Source: an uncultured virus (IMG/VR IMGVR_UViG_3300027734_000063) | Lineage: Duplodnaviria > Heunggongvirae > Uroviricota > Caudoviricetes | Virus record (IMG/VR): IMGVR_UViG_3300027734_000063 | Length of the DNA stretch: 64,000 bases | Direction: 5' to 3' (one strand) | In this document: in pieces, positions 20,001 through 27,757 of the stretch | How the letters are laid out: every line of letters starts with the position of its first letter | Numbering within the stretch: position 1 is the first letter of the stretch | Position numbers and translations under genes: made by a program | The notes under the pieces: model-generated | Told to the model about the DNA's origin: nothing | Seen by the model: only the letters and a program-made list of their open reading frames with translations | Database searches by the model: none

Positions 20001-23000
20001 ATCACCCTTTTTGAGTTCCATTTCATCTGAATAACTTTCAAGGAAAGAACCCATTGTGTTAGACACAGTAAGAACTACCTTTTCACCAGCTTTTAACCTT
20101 GATATTGCATGATCTACAGAGCTTTGGGCTTTCAAAGAAAGCAACATCTGGTCAATCAAGTTGTGCATTGTTGAGCCAAAATTGACTGTTTCAACATTGA
20201 CTCTATCTTTTTTCTTGGCTAATACCGCACCAGAAGTATCTAAACTTCCCGCTAATTTCTTACCAGCAATGCCTACAGCACGAGAAAAAGCCAGGATATC
20301 TCGCATTGAGGTAGCCATGTTCTCTGCTGTTTCTTTGTTTACTTTGGTTTCTTCAGTGTTATATGAAACCCCAGCAAAGGTGCGTTCTCTGCGAATGTAT
20401 TGACCAACCTTGGCAAGCATATTGGCAACAATCTGTTGCATTGGAATACCACCATTTTTGATGGCTTCAGCTAGGTCAGAGATCTTTTTAACCGCCAGCT
20501 TCATGTCTGTGCTGGCATACAAGTCCATGATGTCTGCACGTTTTGCATAGGTAGCAGATGAGAAGAATGAGCCATAGGCATCATTAACCAACATACGGAT
20601 GAACGAACCAATGTTTGGAGCAATAATCTCGCTGACTACTCCTTCTCCAAGATCTCCACCTTCTTGTTGACCTTCAGTTCCTTCTTTGCCAGCTACGCCA
20701 GCATTGTGGCTTTCGTCAAGGATAAGGTAGTTCTGATCGGCTAATGCTTGAACAAAGCGTTGACGTTCAGTAGCTTTACCTTTGACGTTCTGTAATTGCT
20801 TGTAAGTTGTAAAGATAACCTTGTAATTACCCAAATTACCTTGGGCTGCCAACTCTTTCATCTTGGCATTTTGTTTAGGTCTATCTGTAGAGAATGGCTC
20901 TAAAGTTAATTCTTTCTCTACCTTTTCTCCATTAACAGTTCTAACTAACTTGTAAGGAACTTTCTGATCTACGTTGGTCATAAAGATCTTAGGATCAGTA
21001 GTATCCAATGCAAGCTCTTTAGTCATGCCAATATCATCCAAGTCACGGATCATATCGGAGAACAGATTAGGGAATTGCGTTACAAAAATAGGAATACGAT
21101 CATTTTTCAATGCGTATTTAATCATTGCAGCCACTACACGACCTTTACCAACACCAGTTTGATCGCCAATAATGAAACCTTGACCAGCATCTGCGTTGAA
21201 AATAGACAGTGCTAAAGAGTCAATTTGCTCGGCTGAAAAGTTATTAAACAGTTCATCCTTAGTAAACTTAAGCTCTTTTGATACATATTCATCAATGTCA
21301 CCAACTTGCGCTTCAACTTTGTCCAGGGATTCCCTAATGGATTGAGCCATACCACCTGGTACAAGCGTACCAACAGAGTTAGCTTTTGACTTAGGTTGAT
21401 AAGGAACTTGACCTTCGGTAACTTCTTCCTTGCCTCTACGATCATTTAGTCGAGACTGGATGCGTTCTCCACTGACAACGCTAGTTCCACCCACTCCTCC
21501 AGGCTTGTTTCCTTCAGCGCCTTTTCCGCTAGGGGGTTGCTTTGGCTTACCTGCGCTGGGAACGGTACTTCCCTCTGGAGCATTGTCAGGTTTGTTAGCA
21601 GGTTTAGGTTGTTTTTCACCAGTACCTGCCCCAGTTGATTCGGGTCTTCCACTGATGCCAGCCCCATTTGTTGGCACATTTGGTTTGCCAGCTCCTGTGG
21701 ATTGTTGCTCTCCTCCACTAGGTCTACTAGCCTGTCCGCTAGGGCTTCCAGCCACATTTTCCTGGTTAGCTCCCCCTGGGGTACGTTTACCGATGTTAGT
21801 CCCACTGGGGCTGACATTTGCTCTGGATACCATGCTGGCATTTAATTTCTCCTTGAGTTCTTCATAAGAATTGATTTGTTGTGGCAATTCCGCAGCTGGC
21901 AATGCTCTTTCTGCTTTGCCATCCCCATTAATCACAATAACATCTACAGGGTAACTAGCTCCCTGTTTGGTATACATATCACCAGACACTGAAAAATGAT
22001 CTACTACGTTGTATTTGTCGTATAAATTAACAAAGAAGTTTCGTTTCGCAGCTGAACGATAACCTTCTTTTCTAGCATCTTCGCCTTCAGCCCGAACACC
22101 GCCAATTATTAAGACAGCCTTACCACTTGGTTTCATGTTCTGCAAAGACTTCATTACGATTGCATGGTCTATTTCTCTGGTTTTAAACCCATCAATATCA
22201 AAGTTTTCACCAGTAGAGCCAAACGGAGGATTCTCAATAACAACGTCTACTAAAGTTGCTTCTTGCTTTAAAGCATTACCAACAGTAACTTCAGCTTTAG
22301 GGAAAACCCTTTTAAGCATTTCAGCACGGCTAGAGTTCAGCTCGTTAACTATAACAATGTTAGGGTTGGCTGCAATCAAAAGCATCCCGTTACCAGCAGT
22401 TGGCTCATAAACAGTGGTATTTTGGTTGATTCCAGCTAATTGGCTGGCAACATACGCTAACGGAGCTGGGGTAGAGTAAGCCTGTTCTCTAACGCTGGTA
22501 GAGGAACGAACCGCCAAGTTAGGCTGTCTGTTGTACAAGTCTACTAATCTGTCATACGCCTCTGTAGGTGACTTGGAATTCTGAGAAATCTCTTGCGCAG
22601 CCAATACGATACCAACTTCTACCGCCTCATCAGCTTGTTTGGCTTGCATGGTGGCAGCTTCAATCTTCTCACCAGTCAACTCAGAGATAAATTTACGAGC
22701 TTCAACAATGGTGCTGAACGCATTACCTTCTAAGAAATGGTCAGCTAATACCAAAGCAATGTTGTATTTGCCATCTGGAGTGGTTAAATCTAACTTGCCA
22801 GCAGGTTTAGCTTCTTCAACTTCAATTTCTTCTATTGCCTTAACACCAGCCACTTCAGCAATTGGTGTAGCTTTATCTGGATAGTTGCCAGACATAGCAA
22901 TATAAGCACCTTGAAGGTGGTTTAGATTAATTTTGTCTGATACATCTTTACCAAAAGCTTGTTTAATAAGGTCACGAACAAATTTGGCGGCTTTCTTAAA

Positions 23001-25097
23001 GGTGTGATAACCCTTACGGAAAGCAGCATCCATAAGCTTAATAAGGGTAGGCATGAGGCGTTGTTCATCCTCAGGCATCATATTCATACGGGTATTTTTA
23101 CTAGCCATCCAAGATAGCTCACCCAAAGCATCCATCAAGTCTTTATCGGCTTGTGCTTCTGGAGATAGGGCTTCTCCAGTAGCTTCTGGCGCTACAGTAG
23201 GAACAGTTTCCCCTTGTGCTTCTGCACGTTGAGCAGCTTGTCTATCACGATTATTTTGAGCTATTTCTTCTGGTGTTAGTGGAGGAGGTGCTGCCCAAGT
23301 TACTTTATCGCCTTGGTCTTCTTCTACAAGCTTATCAATAGCTTGTTGGGCATCTTCAGCTGTAACTTCTCCCGCAAATTCGCCATTCTTAACTTGGTCA
23401 AATATAGAAGGCTTTTCTTCAGAAGGAGCTTCTTCTGGTGCTTCTTGGTTATATGGAGCAGCTTTTTCAGCTTCAGATTGAGCAAACTCAATAGCTTTTT
23501 GTTTGCCTTCTTGATCCCCAAACTTGTCTGTTGGGAATGTTGTTGCAGAAACCATTTGGTTGGCATCATTGTCAAACAATACAGCCGTCCAGCCATTGTC
23601 ATTTTTAACAATACGATATTCTGTGTTCTCACCCATATCAATGGGAGGAATAGTTTCAGCTGGGGGAGCAACAGACTCAGTGGTCTGTTCACTCATCTTA
23701 TCCAGTAAAAGACCAAGTGTTTGCTGTGGCTCTTTTGCTGGAGTAATGCCATATTCTTTAGCTATCTTATTTAACTCTTTAGTGTTTGGTTCGCCAGTTG
23801 CTTCTGCTTTGGCAGCCCAATCATTTATTTTTGTTTCTAAATCGCTTGTTGCAACAGGTGCTACTACTGCAACAGGTGTTGCTGATGGTGGCGCATTAGG
23901 TGGGACAAAAGTTTCTAGATCACTTTCGTCTACCAAACCAGAAGGAGGGGCAGAAGGGGCATTAGGAGCTGGAACAACGGCTGGTGGGGCAGGAGGGGGG
24001 GAGGGGGGTACTTGTTCAGCTTCTGCTTTCTTACTCTTATAAGTTGCAGCTGCTTCTGCTGGAGCGCCAAATACTTCACCAATAGCTTCTTCTAATACAG
24101 CTCTAGGATTAACAGGCTGGTTGCTTGCATAAGATCCTAATCCCTCACCAGCAGCGCCTAAAGAAGCTTGCTTTGGTATTTCTTTGGCAACATCTTTGAC
24201 TGTTTCTTTCCAAACTTTGGTAGCTGTATTGTCAAATATCTTTTCAGCAATTTTGCCAGCTGACCTTAAAGAAGCTGCATCAAACATACCAATGATTGAT
24301 GACTTAACCATTGCCTTGTTATTGGCTTCTTCGTGGTTAAAACCTCTTTCTCTTAATTCAACGTACTGTTGACCATATTCCATCATTGCAGAAGAGCCAC
24401 CGCCAACAATTAAACCGCCTGTTGGACCAGCTGCCATACCAAATCTGGCAGCTACAGCCATAGCAATAGACTGTGGAAGACTACTTAGACCTACGTTGGC
24501 AATATAAGAAGGTAACTCATCAATGTTCTTAAGATATTCTTTGCCAATCATTCCAGCCTGTTGCCATTCAGTAGCTTTTTTAAACTCTGGCTTTTGTTCT
24601 AAAGCATCAATCTTTTTGGATAATGGGTCTTTGCCATACTTTTGTTCAATGGCTTTGACATCTTCTCCAGACTGCGCTAAATAACTTAAATTCTCACTAG
24701 CCTTCTTAACTGTATTAAGAATGTCTGATTTTTCTTTTTCTGGAGCATTTTCAAAGTTTTGCCCATACTTTCTTTTGTTAGCTTCAATTAACTCTAATTG
24801 AGAAGATAACTGCCACTGGGTAGGAACATTAGATAATGATTTAATTCCTTTAGCCAAAGAACCAATAGATGGGGTTGGTTCATTTGCCAGGTTAGATCCT
24901 GGCATGATGGCATCAATTGGACCAAATATTGATCTTTGTAATACGTCAGCTACTTTGGTAGAACCAGCCACAGGAGCAACATTTGCTTGTGGCGCATTAG
25001 GCATAATTTGAGTTTTAATGACATTAGATATCTCATCAGAAGACATCGTGTCAGGAAACTCAACTACGCCAACATATGGTATGTTGACTGACGGCAT
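14046..25097 (-). CDS. 3683-aa DarB-like large polyvalent protein: N6-adenine methyltransferase, Strawberry-notch SF2 helicase, HExxH region, LPD38-like C-terminus
   Basis: YEPTAGNG and IENPPFG (MTase); GDQTGVGKGR, LILDESH, SSATYAK, AGSTGLSLHA, QMLGRVHRTGQ (helicase); RHELTH; last gene of late operon. Confidence 0.88.
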   Translation of the reverse strand: MPSVNIPYVGVVEFPDTMSSDEISNVIKTQIMPNAPQANVAPVAGSTKVADVLQRSIFGPIDAIMPGSNLANEPTPSIGSLAKGIKSLSNVPTQWQLSSQLELIEANKRKYGQNFENAPEKEKSDILNTVKKASENLSYLAQSGEDVKAIEQKYGKDPLSKKIDALEQKPEFKKATEWQQAGMIGKEYLKNIDELPSYIANVGLSSLPQSIAMAVAARFGMAAGPTGGLIVGGGSSAMMEYGQQYVELRERGFNHEEANNKAMVKSSIIGMFDAASLRSAGKIAEKIFDNTATKVWKETVKDVAKEIPKQASLGAAGEGLGSYASNQPVNPRAVLEEAIGEVFGAPAEAAATYKSKKAEAEQVPPSPPPAPPAVVPAPNAPSAPPSGLVDESDLETFVPPNAPPSATPVAVVAPVATSDLETKINDWAAKAEATGEPNTKELNKIAKEYGITPAKEPQQTLGLLLDKMSEQTTESVAPPAETIPPIDMGENTEYRIVKNDNGWTAVLFDNDANQMVSATTFPTDKFGDQEGKQKAIEFAQSEAEKAAPYNQEAPEEAPSEEKPSIFDQVKNGEFAGEVTAEDAQQAIDKLVEEDQGDKVTWAAPPPLTPEEIAQNNRDRQAAQRAEAQGETVPTVAPEATGEALSPEAQADKDLMDALGELSWMASKNTRMNMMPEDEQRLMPTLIKLMDAAFRKGYHTFKKAAKFVRDLIKQAFGKDVSDKINLNHLQGAYIAMSGNYPDKATPIAEVAGVKAIEEIEVEEAKPAGKLDLTTPDGKYNIALVLADHFLEGNAFSTIVEARKFISELTGEKIEAATMQAKQADEAVEVGIVLAAQEISQNSKSPTEAYDRLVDLYNRQPNLAVRSSTSVREQAYSTPAPLAYVASQLAGINQNTTVYEPTAGNGMLLIAANPNIVIVNELNSSRAEMLKRVFPKAEVTVGNALKQEATLVDVVIENPPFGSTGENFDIDGFKTREIDHAIVMKSLQNMKPSGKAVLIIGGVRAEGEDARKEGYRSAAKRNFFVNLYDKYNVVDHFSVSGDMYTKQGASYPVDVIVINGDGKAERALPAAELPQQINSYEELKEKLNASMVSRANVSPSGTNIGKRTPGGANQENVAGSPSGQASRPSGGEQQSTGAGKPNVPTNGAGISGRPESTGAGTGEKQPKPANKPDNAPEGSTVPSAGKPKQPPSGKGAEGNKPGGVGGTSVVSGERIQSRLNDRRGKEEVTEGQVPYQPKSKANSVGTLVPGGMAQSIRESLDKVEAQVGDIDEYVSKELKFTKDELFNNFSAEQIDSLALSIFNADAGQGFIIGDQTGVGKGRVVAAMIKYALKNDRIPIFVTQFPNLFSDMIRDLDDIGMTKELALDTTDPKIFMTNVDQKVPYKLVRTVNGEKVEKELTLEPFSTDRPKQNAKMKELAAQGNLGNYKVIFTTYKQLQNVKGKATERQRFVQALADQNYLILDESHNAGVAGKEGTEGQQEGGDLGEGVVSEIIAPNIGSFIRMLVNDAYGSFFSSATYAKRADIMDLYASTDMKLAVKKISDLAEAIKNGGIPMQQIVANMLAKVGQYIRRERTFAGVSYNTEETKVNKETAENMATSMRDILAFSRAVGIAGKKLAGSLDTSGAVLAKKKDRVNVETVNFGSTMHNLIDQMLLSLKAQSSVDHAISRLKAGEKVVLTVSNTMGSFLESYSDEMELKKGDPINLNFSNLYLKYLKKQRQVTIKYPAKNGNPSYKEVRDLTDEELGPELTVAYNAIVKFIQNAGFEDAPVSPIDYMHYKLRQAGFKTGEITGRNIGINYSGATEASIPTLQAIKNTTKTKYEAITKFNGGEFDVLILNQAGSTGLSLHASENFKDQRKRHMIIVQAEKNIDTHMQMLGRVHRTGQIIPPAYSQMMADIPAEMRPAAILLKKMASLNANTTASRKSAVTAEGAVDFMNDYGGQVANELLADNPDLHESLGGDNAFPVKENSSEATEEDVRKLTGYIPILPIKEQEEFYKDLTERYKELLDREISMGTNKLEAKALDINAKTLSSTPITENKGDSLFAQPAFMELIEADRTVKPMSSEEVIEAAKKNLDGKSPGQLSLEQRDALTAKMRAYTAERIELEVEKKSDEVRLSTVRGQLNLQETHIDSILRTYTVGKFVTLTNELGVALTGAIIDVKNVGKTKNPAAGTDWKMTFALANGDARSITLPFSQIGKQYKLETVSSTNTFNYETQQFEDIPVIKQFDMGSQIRREKRWMVTGNILAGFAAVKNKGQITNFKDNEGYERQGILMPRAYDFAKEQKDAPVEIATADNAMRFLDEIGGTITSEDGILRITKSSYGNQYQFNVPSSKKEGGTYFLDRRLTDILGDFYKSGSTMYARGTAEEARKAIDVILNKRQETLVTKDNKERAKKLFAPEPLENIVPRKKTTKQIFDSRVRNEIIAEQRKLNAQERKLKRQIINGEVTLDAQREMTFIDERTKELEENLEAIKDKTPPDALSVHQRAERALRDGEISQDVFNVIHWMWNNSPALLTGLKLQIRKPTSKEEGATGSFNPLDRLVRLYKGTEGVTDPETARHELTHTLEQMMTPQVRKLIVQQWAKETKKAIKNNTDPASQDYFQAINDYMANPTKANYEKVRELVKDLNLYQYANPSDYWAVNAEKLMAMKMGTAWNRFVLAVKKLFEGMKSLFGFDNQYILYKTFDDLMKGKTPRMDYESLKHFFDMTGPSNELLFNIADDVKLLDKIGVEQPPVHTNNTVQDYLMGGYQTAKNIKTRILESPRNLIPGAVTGIDKLALGFRVKATDFTAGLAAEDAVRYDRELLDGEGRAVASIAADQQLKANHIATQVVTLGKLAFDPVNQMFKATEDKNSTGKIIQLAHEFGKEVGVKHAFRVINGYFEAKRSRSIVNEYLKRQGELETLKTEALDPDLPPDRQLALTVAIQNAQENFEGIDIARQKVNLKDTEIDDLIALEKKYPVLREMMDIWNDVSRNMVNMMEFGKIISKQTADMYRKIDDYVPWQRIQPEDISQDPSKPTFFYGAKGVRNVSREHKFKPGEVELALNNVLDNMVNHVVLTSRNVIKNYAANRIASEYGERNEKGKLKVYPKEDFARGIVKILVNGRKINIRIVDPLIAQAVIGMESMNIPLMGLMGFGAQTLRRTITYSGVFQLRQLFMDIPSTILVTGVRNPLSFYGSVFGSFVKSLNNNDPVVKILKAHGIGNIYSSSRTSMQYYDQTIGLLNGSKLQQTISLLEKIGDASDMAPRRATYLRVMKETKGDQRKALLASANVINWDKKGSSKVAQTLAHSISFMNAFAQQIDVLSQALLEPVAYGVEKTTGAKVKSVSGGLKGQARTEAIERLATAIACMQIGMLMYLFAIGDDEEYQRLDDQTKMRNFFVPRKLMKQIGYDHSLLIPLTTTAGYLVKAIPEMTYNRIITQGTKNEVDATRFWKALRHGGIDALLGPLASGPVPTVFKPFVEIGINHNFFTGGKVVPESMKHLEAYRQYNANVSQLGKWLSAATQVPFTGKKDDKGELVEGSKKRILSPIEADHLARGLFGSVAGLTMWMSDLLSSNKPTKEERNNPLYGSFVAPEVPRGREDLFYDLKARSDVAMTTFKTEMKNMNPTQGKKWFEANKGLIQANGFTQSAGASLNAITGQIRRIEDLPEKEMSAQEKRKEINFLKGKKEEILQDTIRFRLKAGL
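21446..21841 (-). CDS. overprinted 131-aa protein inside the giant gene
   Basis: AAGGAG 7 nt before ATG; amphipathic helical sequence while the host frame is a G/P/S-rich linker. Confidence 0.65.
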   Translation of the reverse strand: MPAWYPEQMSAPVGLTSVNVPQGELTRKMWLEALADRLVDLVEESNNPQELANQMCQQMGLASVEDPNQLGQVLVKNNLNLLTNLTMLQREVPFPAQVSQSNPLAEKALKETSLEEWVELALSVENASSLD

Positions 25098-25103
25098 AAA
25101 TTT

Positions 25104-27302
25104 TTAACTTGGTCTAATGTTTACTAATGCACCTCTTCCGCCATTTGCAGAAGGATCCCACTGCAATTGACCTGCTGGTGCTGCTGGCATTGCTCTATTT
25201 CCTGCTGGTGCTGCTGGTACTGCTGGTACTGCTGGAGCTGCTGCTACTGGAGCTGTTGCTGCTCCTGGATTATAGTCTGATCCAGCTTGTAAAATAAGCT
25301 TCATTCCAGGAGGTTGTTTTTCCCAAACATCAGCATAAGCCTGTTGTTGAGCTTTTATACGACCTGCCTCGCCTTGGAATTCAAATTGTTTAGTTGAGTC
25401 TGTTAAGAGATGATTTAAACGTTTTTCTACAGCCGATGCAAAATCACTAGAAGCTTTTCTAAATAGTTCTTGTTCTTGTAATTTTAGTTGCAATGCCTTA
25501 GTGGCATTTACTTGAGCAAGACCAATTTTCTTGTTTTCTGTTGTGCCATAAATATTAGCAAGAGTGCCTGTAAGCGCATCTTGACGGGCTTGGTCAGCTT
25601 TGGCTGCCTCAATAGTGCCTTGACCTAAAGCTTTCTGACCAGCGTGAATATCTTTAAGGTTAGATGACATTCCAGAAACAGCGCCTAAACCAGATCTACC
25701 AACGCTAGAAGCTAATTTATTAAGCTCAGTTCCTGCTTCTCCAGAAGGTGCAGTCATCATTCCAAGACCTAAACGAGTAGCAAACTCAGGCATTAACATA
25801 GCTCTTTGTTGTTTTATATCTGCTGCTTGAGCTTCAGCCAATGGCTTATAAGCTGCCATCGCAGTATCTTTTCTAGACATTTCTCTTTCTACTCTGTCTG
25901 CAAGAAGTGCCTCTAAGTCTAATTTACCTGATTTAGTTCTAGGAACTTTTACATCGCTGTCATCTTCGCCAGCGTAAGCCATAATTCCACCATTAGCAAA
26001 CTGCTGTGGAATTACATCACCTGTGGGTGCATTTTCTAAACCAGCCATTGGTGGCATAGGTTGTTGCATAGCAGGTTGAGGTTGGTTAGCACTAGAAATA
26101 GCTCTAATTGCCTGTGGATTGTTACGAATATCGCCACGATCCATTGATATACCACCAGCATATAGCTTATCTAGTGGCTGTGAGTATGGGCTTCTTTGTA
26201 CTTGAGCTAACTGTGGATCGCTGTAGCTTGTCATTGGAATAGCACCGCCTGGTGCGTATCCAGCAATATCTTCAGTCATACCGCCTTTAGCACCACCTTT
26301 TGCTGCGTTATACATAGCAGCGCCACCTAAACCAGCAATACCTAAACCGCCTAATTGGGAAACAGTACTAGGAGCAGCTTGATACATCTGGGTAGAAGAC
26401 TGTTGCATAGGCAGACCACGCAACATGGAGTTAAGCATACCTAACTGGAGGTATGGATATTGTTGTGCAGTAGCGTAGTTTTGAACAGCTTGATTGATAA
26501 TGTTTTGTTGTTGACCTTGCTGTTGAGCGCCCATTTGGTTTTGCAAATTGGCAATACTTTGTTCTTGAGCCAATTGTTGACCAGCCATATTAGCTGCTTG
26601 ACCATAACCTTGAAGACCCAAATTAGCGCCAAATTGTTGAGCTTGTTGAGCAGCTTGGAACGCATTGTTATAGCCTTGACCAATAGCTTGGTTCTTTGCA
26701 AGACCAGCATTACGTTGATTTTCAGCAGCCATTAACGCTTCACGAGATCCACCAAACGCATTAGCACGAGTAGCGTTACCCATTTGCTGAGTGCCAGTAA
26801 TATCGTATTGGCGTTGGATTTCAGCTAATTGTGGCTGTAAAGAAGCGTTTAAATACGGATTCATGTACGCTTGCATAGCTGAAGGGCTAGTAGCTTGATT
26901 TGCGTAAGCACCGCCTGATAACGCTGATAAGCCTTGATACAAACCCAATCCAGGAGAGGTCTGCATATTAGCAACATTACTTTGAGCTTGTTGTTGTAAT
27001 GGGCTAAAGCCAGCTACATAGTCAGTTGGTTTATTGCTGTAAGGTGTATACGGATTAAAACCAGTCATGTCAGGCTTATAGATCTGAGCCTGTGCAGCAT
27101 TAAGCATATTCTCTACATATGGCTGTGCATATTCAGGAATATTGGTATTAGTTACGTTAGTTTGAGTAGGGCTTGCTGGGGCAGGTGAACCACCACCCCC
27201 ACCGCCACCGCCATAGATCCGACCACCGCCAACTTTTTTGACGGTAACAGAATCCCCTAAGGGTTCACCCAAAGCATATAGTTGGCGTTTTGAGTAGCTC
27301 AT
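25104..27302 (-). CDS. putative DNA ejection/internal virion protein
   Basis: Q/A/G-rich; YMNPY, AFGGSR motifs; location between nozzle and giant protein. Confidence 0.7.
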   Translation of the reverse strand: MSYSKRQLYALGEPLGDSVTVKKVGGGRIYGGGGGGGGSPAPASPTQTNVTNTNIPEYAQPYVENMLNAAQAQIYKPDMTGFNPYTPYSNKPTDYVAGFSPLQQQAQSNVANMQTSPGLGLYQGLSALSGGAYANQATSPSAMQAYMNPYLNASLQPQLAEIQRQYDITGTQQMGNATRANAFGGSREALMAAENQRNAGLAKNQAIGQGYNNAFQAAQQAQQFGANLGLQGYGQAANMAGQQLAQEQSIANLQNQMGAQQQGQQQNIINQAVQNYATAQQYPYLQLGMLNSMLRGLPMQQSSTQMYQAAPSTVSQLGGLGIAGLGGAAMYNAAKGGAKGGMTEDIAGYAPGGAIPMTSYSDPQLAQVQRSPYSQPLDKLYAGGISMDRGDIRNNPQAIRAISSANQPQPAMQQPMPPMAGLENAPTGDVIPQQFANGGIMAYAGEDDSDVKVPRTKSGKLDLEALLADRVEREMSRKDTAMAAYKPLAEAQAADIKQQRAMLMPEFATRLGLGMMTAPSGEAGTELNKLASSVGRSGLGAVSGMSSNLKDIHAGQKALGQGTIEAAKADQARQDALTGTLANIYGTTENKKIGLAQVNATKALQLKLQEQELFRKASSDFASAVEKRLNHLLTDSTKQFEFQGEAGRIKAQQQAYADVWEKQPPGMKLILQAGSDYNPGAATAPVAAAPAVPAVPAAPAGNRAMPAAPAGQLQWDPSANGGRGALVNIRPS

Positions 27303-27310
27303 AATCTTCC

Positions 27311-27757
27311 TTACAACATTTTTGTAAATATTTTATCCGTCATTTTGTATCCTAAATACTCAAACAGCTTTGAATTATCTAAATGCACTTTAGTGTGCAT
27401 CACAATTCTTTGTACTCCTCGTTCTTTAAGTACCTTTTCAGCATACTTAAACAACATAATCCCTACTCTACCTTTGCGAAACTCTTTAGTCACAAAGTAC
27501 AAATCTTCAAATGCCGTCATACAAGACTTGTAATGTAAGTGAGGATGAATGGTAAAAATAATGTAACCAATCAATCTTTCATCTGACCTACAAGTAATGC
27601 ACCGCAACAATCCTGCTTCTGCCATCTTTTTATAAGCATCGTAATCTGGCTCATAAGGGAAATCTTTTGTTACACATAGCTCTTCATAATGTTCTGGAAA
27701 GAGTTTTTCAAACTCGTCTACAAACTTAAATCCGTCCACATCCTCATAAATAATCAT
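27311..27757 (-). CDS. GNAT-family acetyltransferase
   Basis: LYFVTKEFRKGRVG acetyl-CoA motif; LFEYLGY. Confidence 0.8.
   Translation of the reverse strand: MIIYEDVDGFKFVDEFEKLFPEHYEELCVTKDFPYEPDYDAYKKMAEAGLLRCITCRSDERLIGYIIFTIHPHLHYKSCMTAFEDLYFVTKEFRKGRVGIMLFKYAEKVLKERGVQRIVMHTKVHLDNSKLFEYLGYKMTDKIFTKML

Noticed and set aside
21212..21445. 77-aa ORF right after the overprinted gene
   Set aside because: No RBS, K/L-rich shadow composition, overlaps conserved helicase sequence
21430..21867. 145-aa + strand ORF antisense to the giant-protein linker
   Set aside because: P/L/G-rich mirror of the dual-coding minus strand; TTG start and no clear RBS
23313..24042. Several 120-170 aa alternative-frame or antisense ORFs in the giant gene
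   Set aside because: Composition typical of shadow frames; no RBS seen
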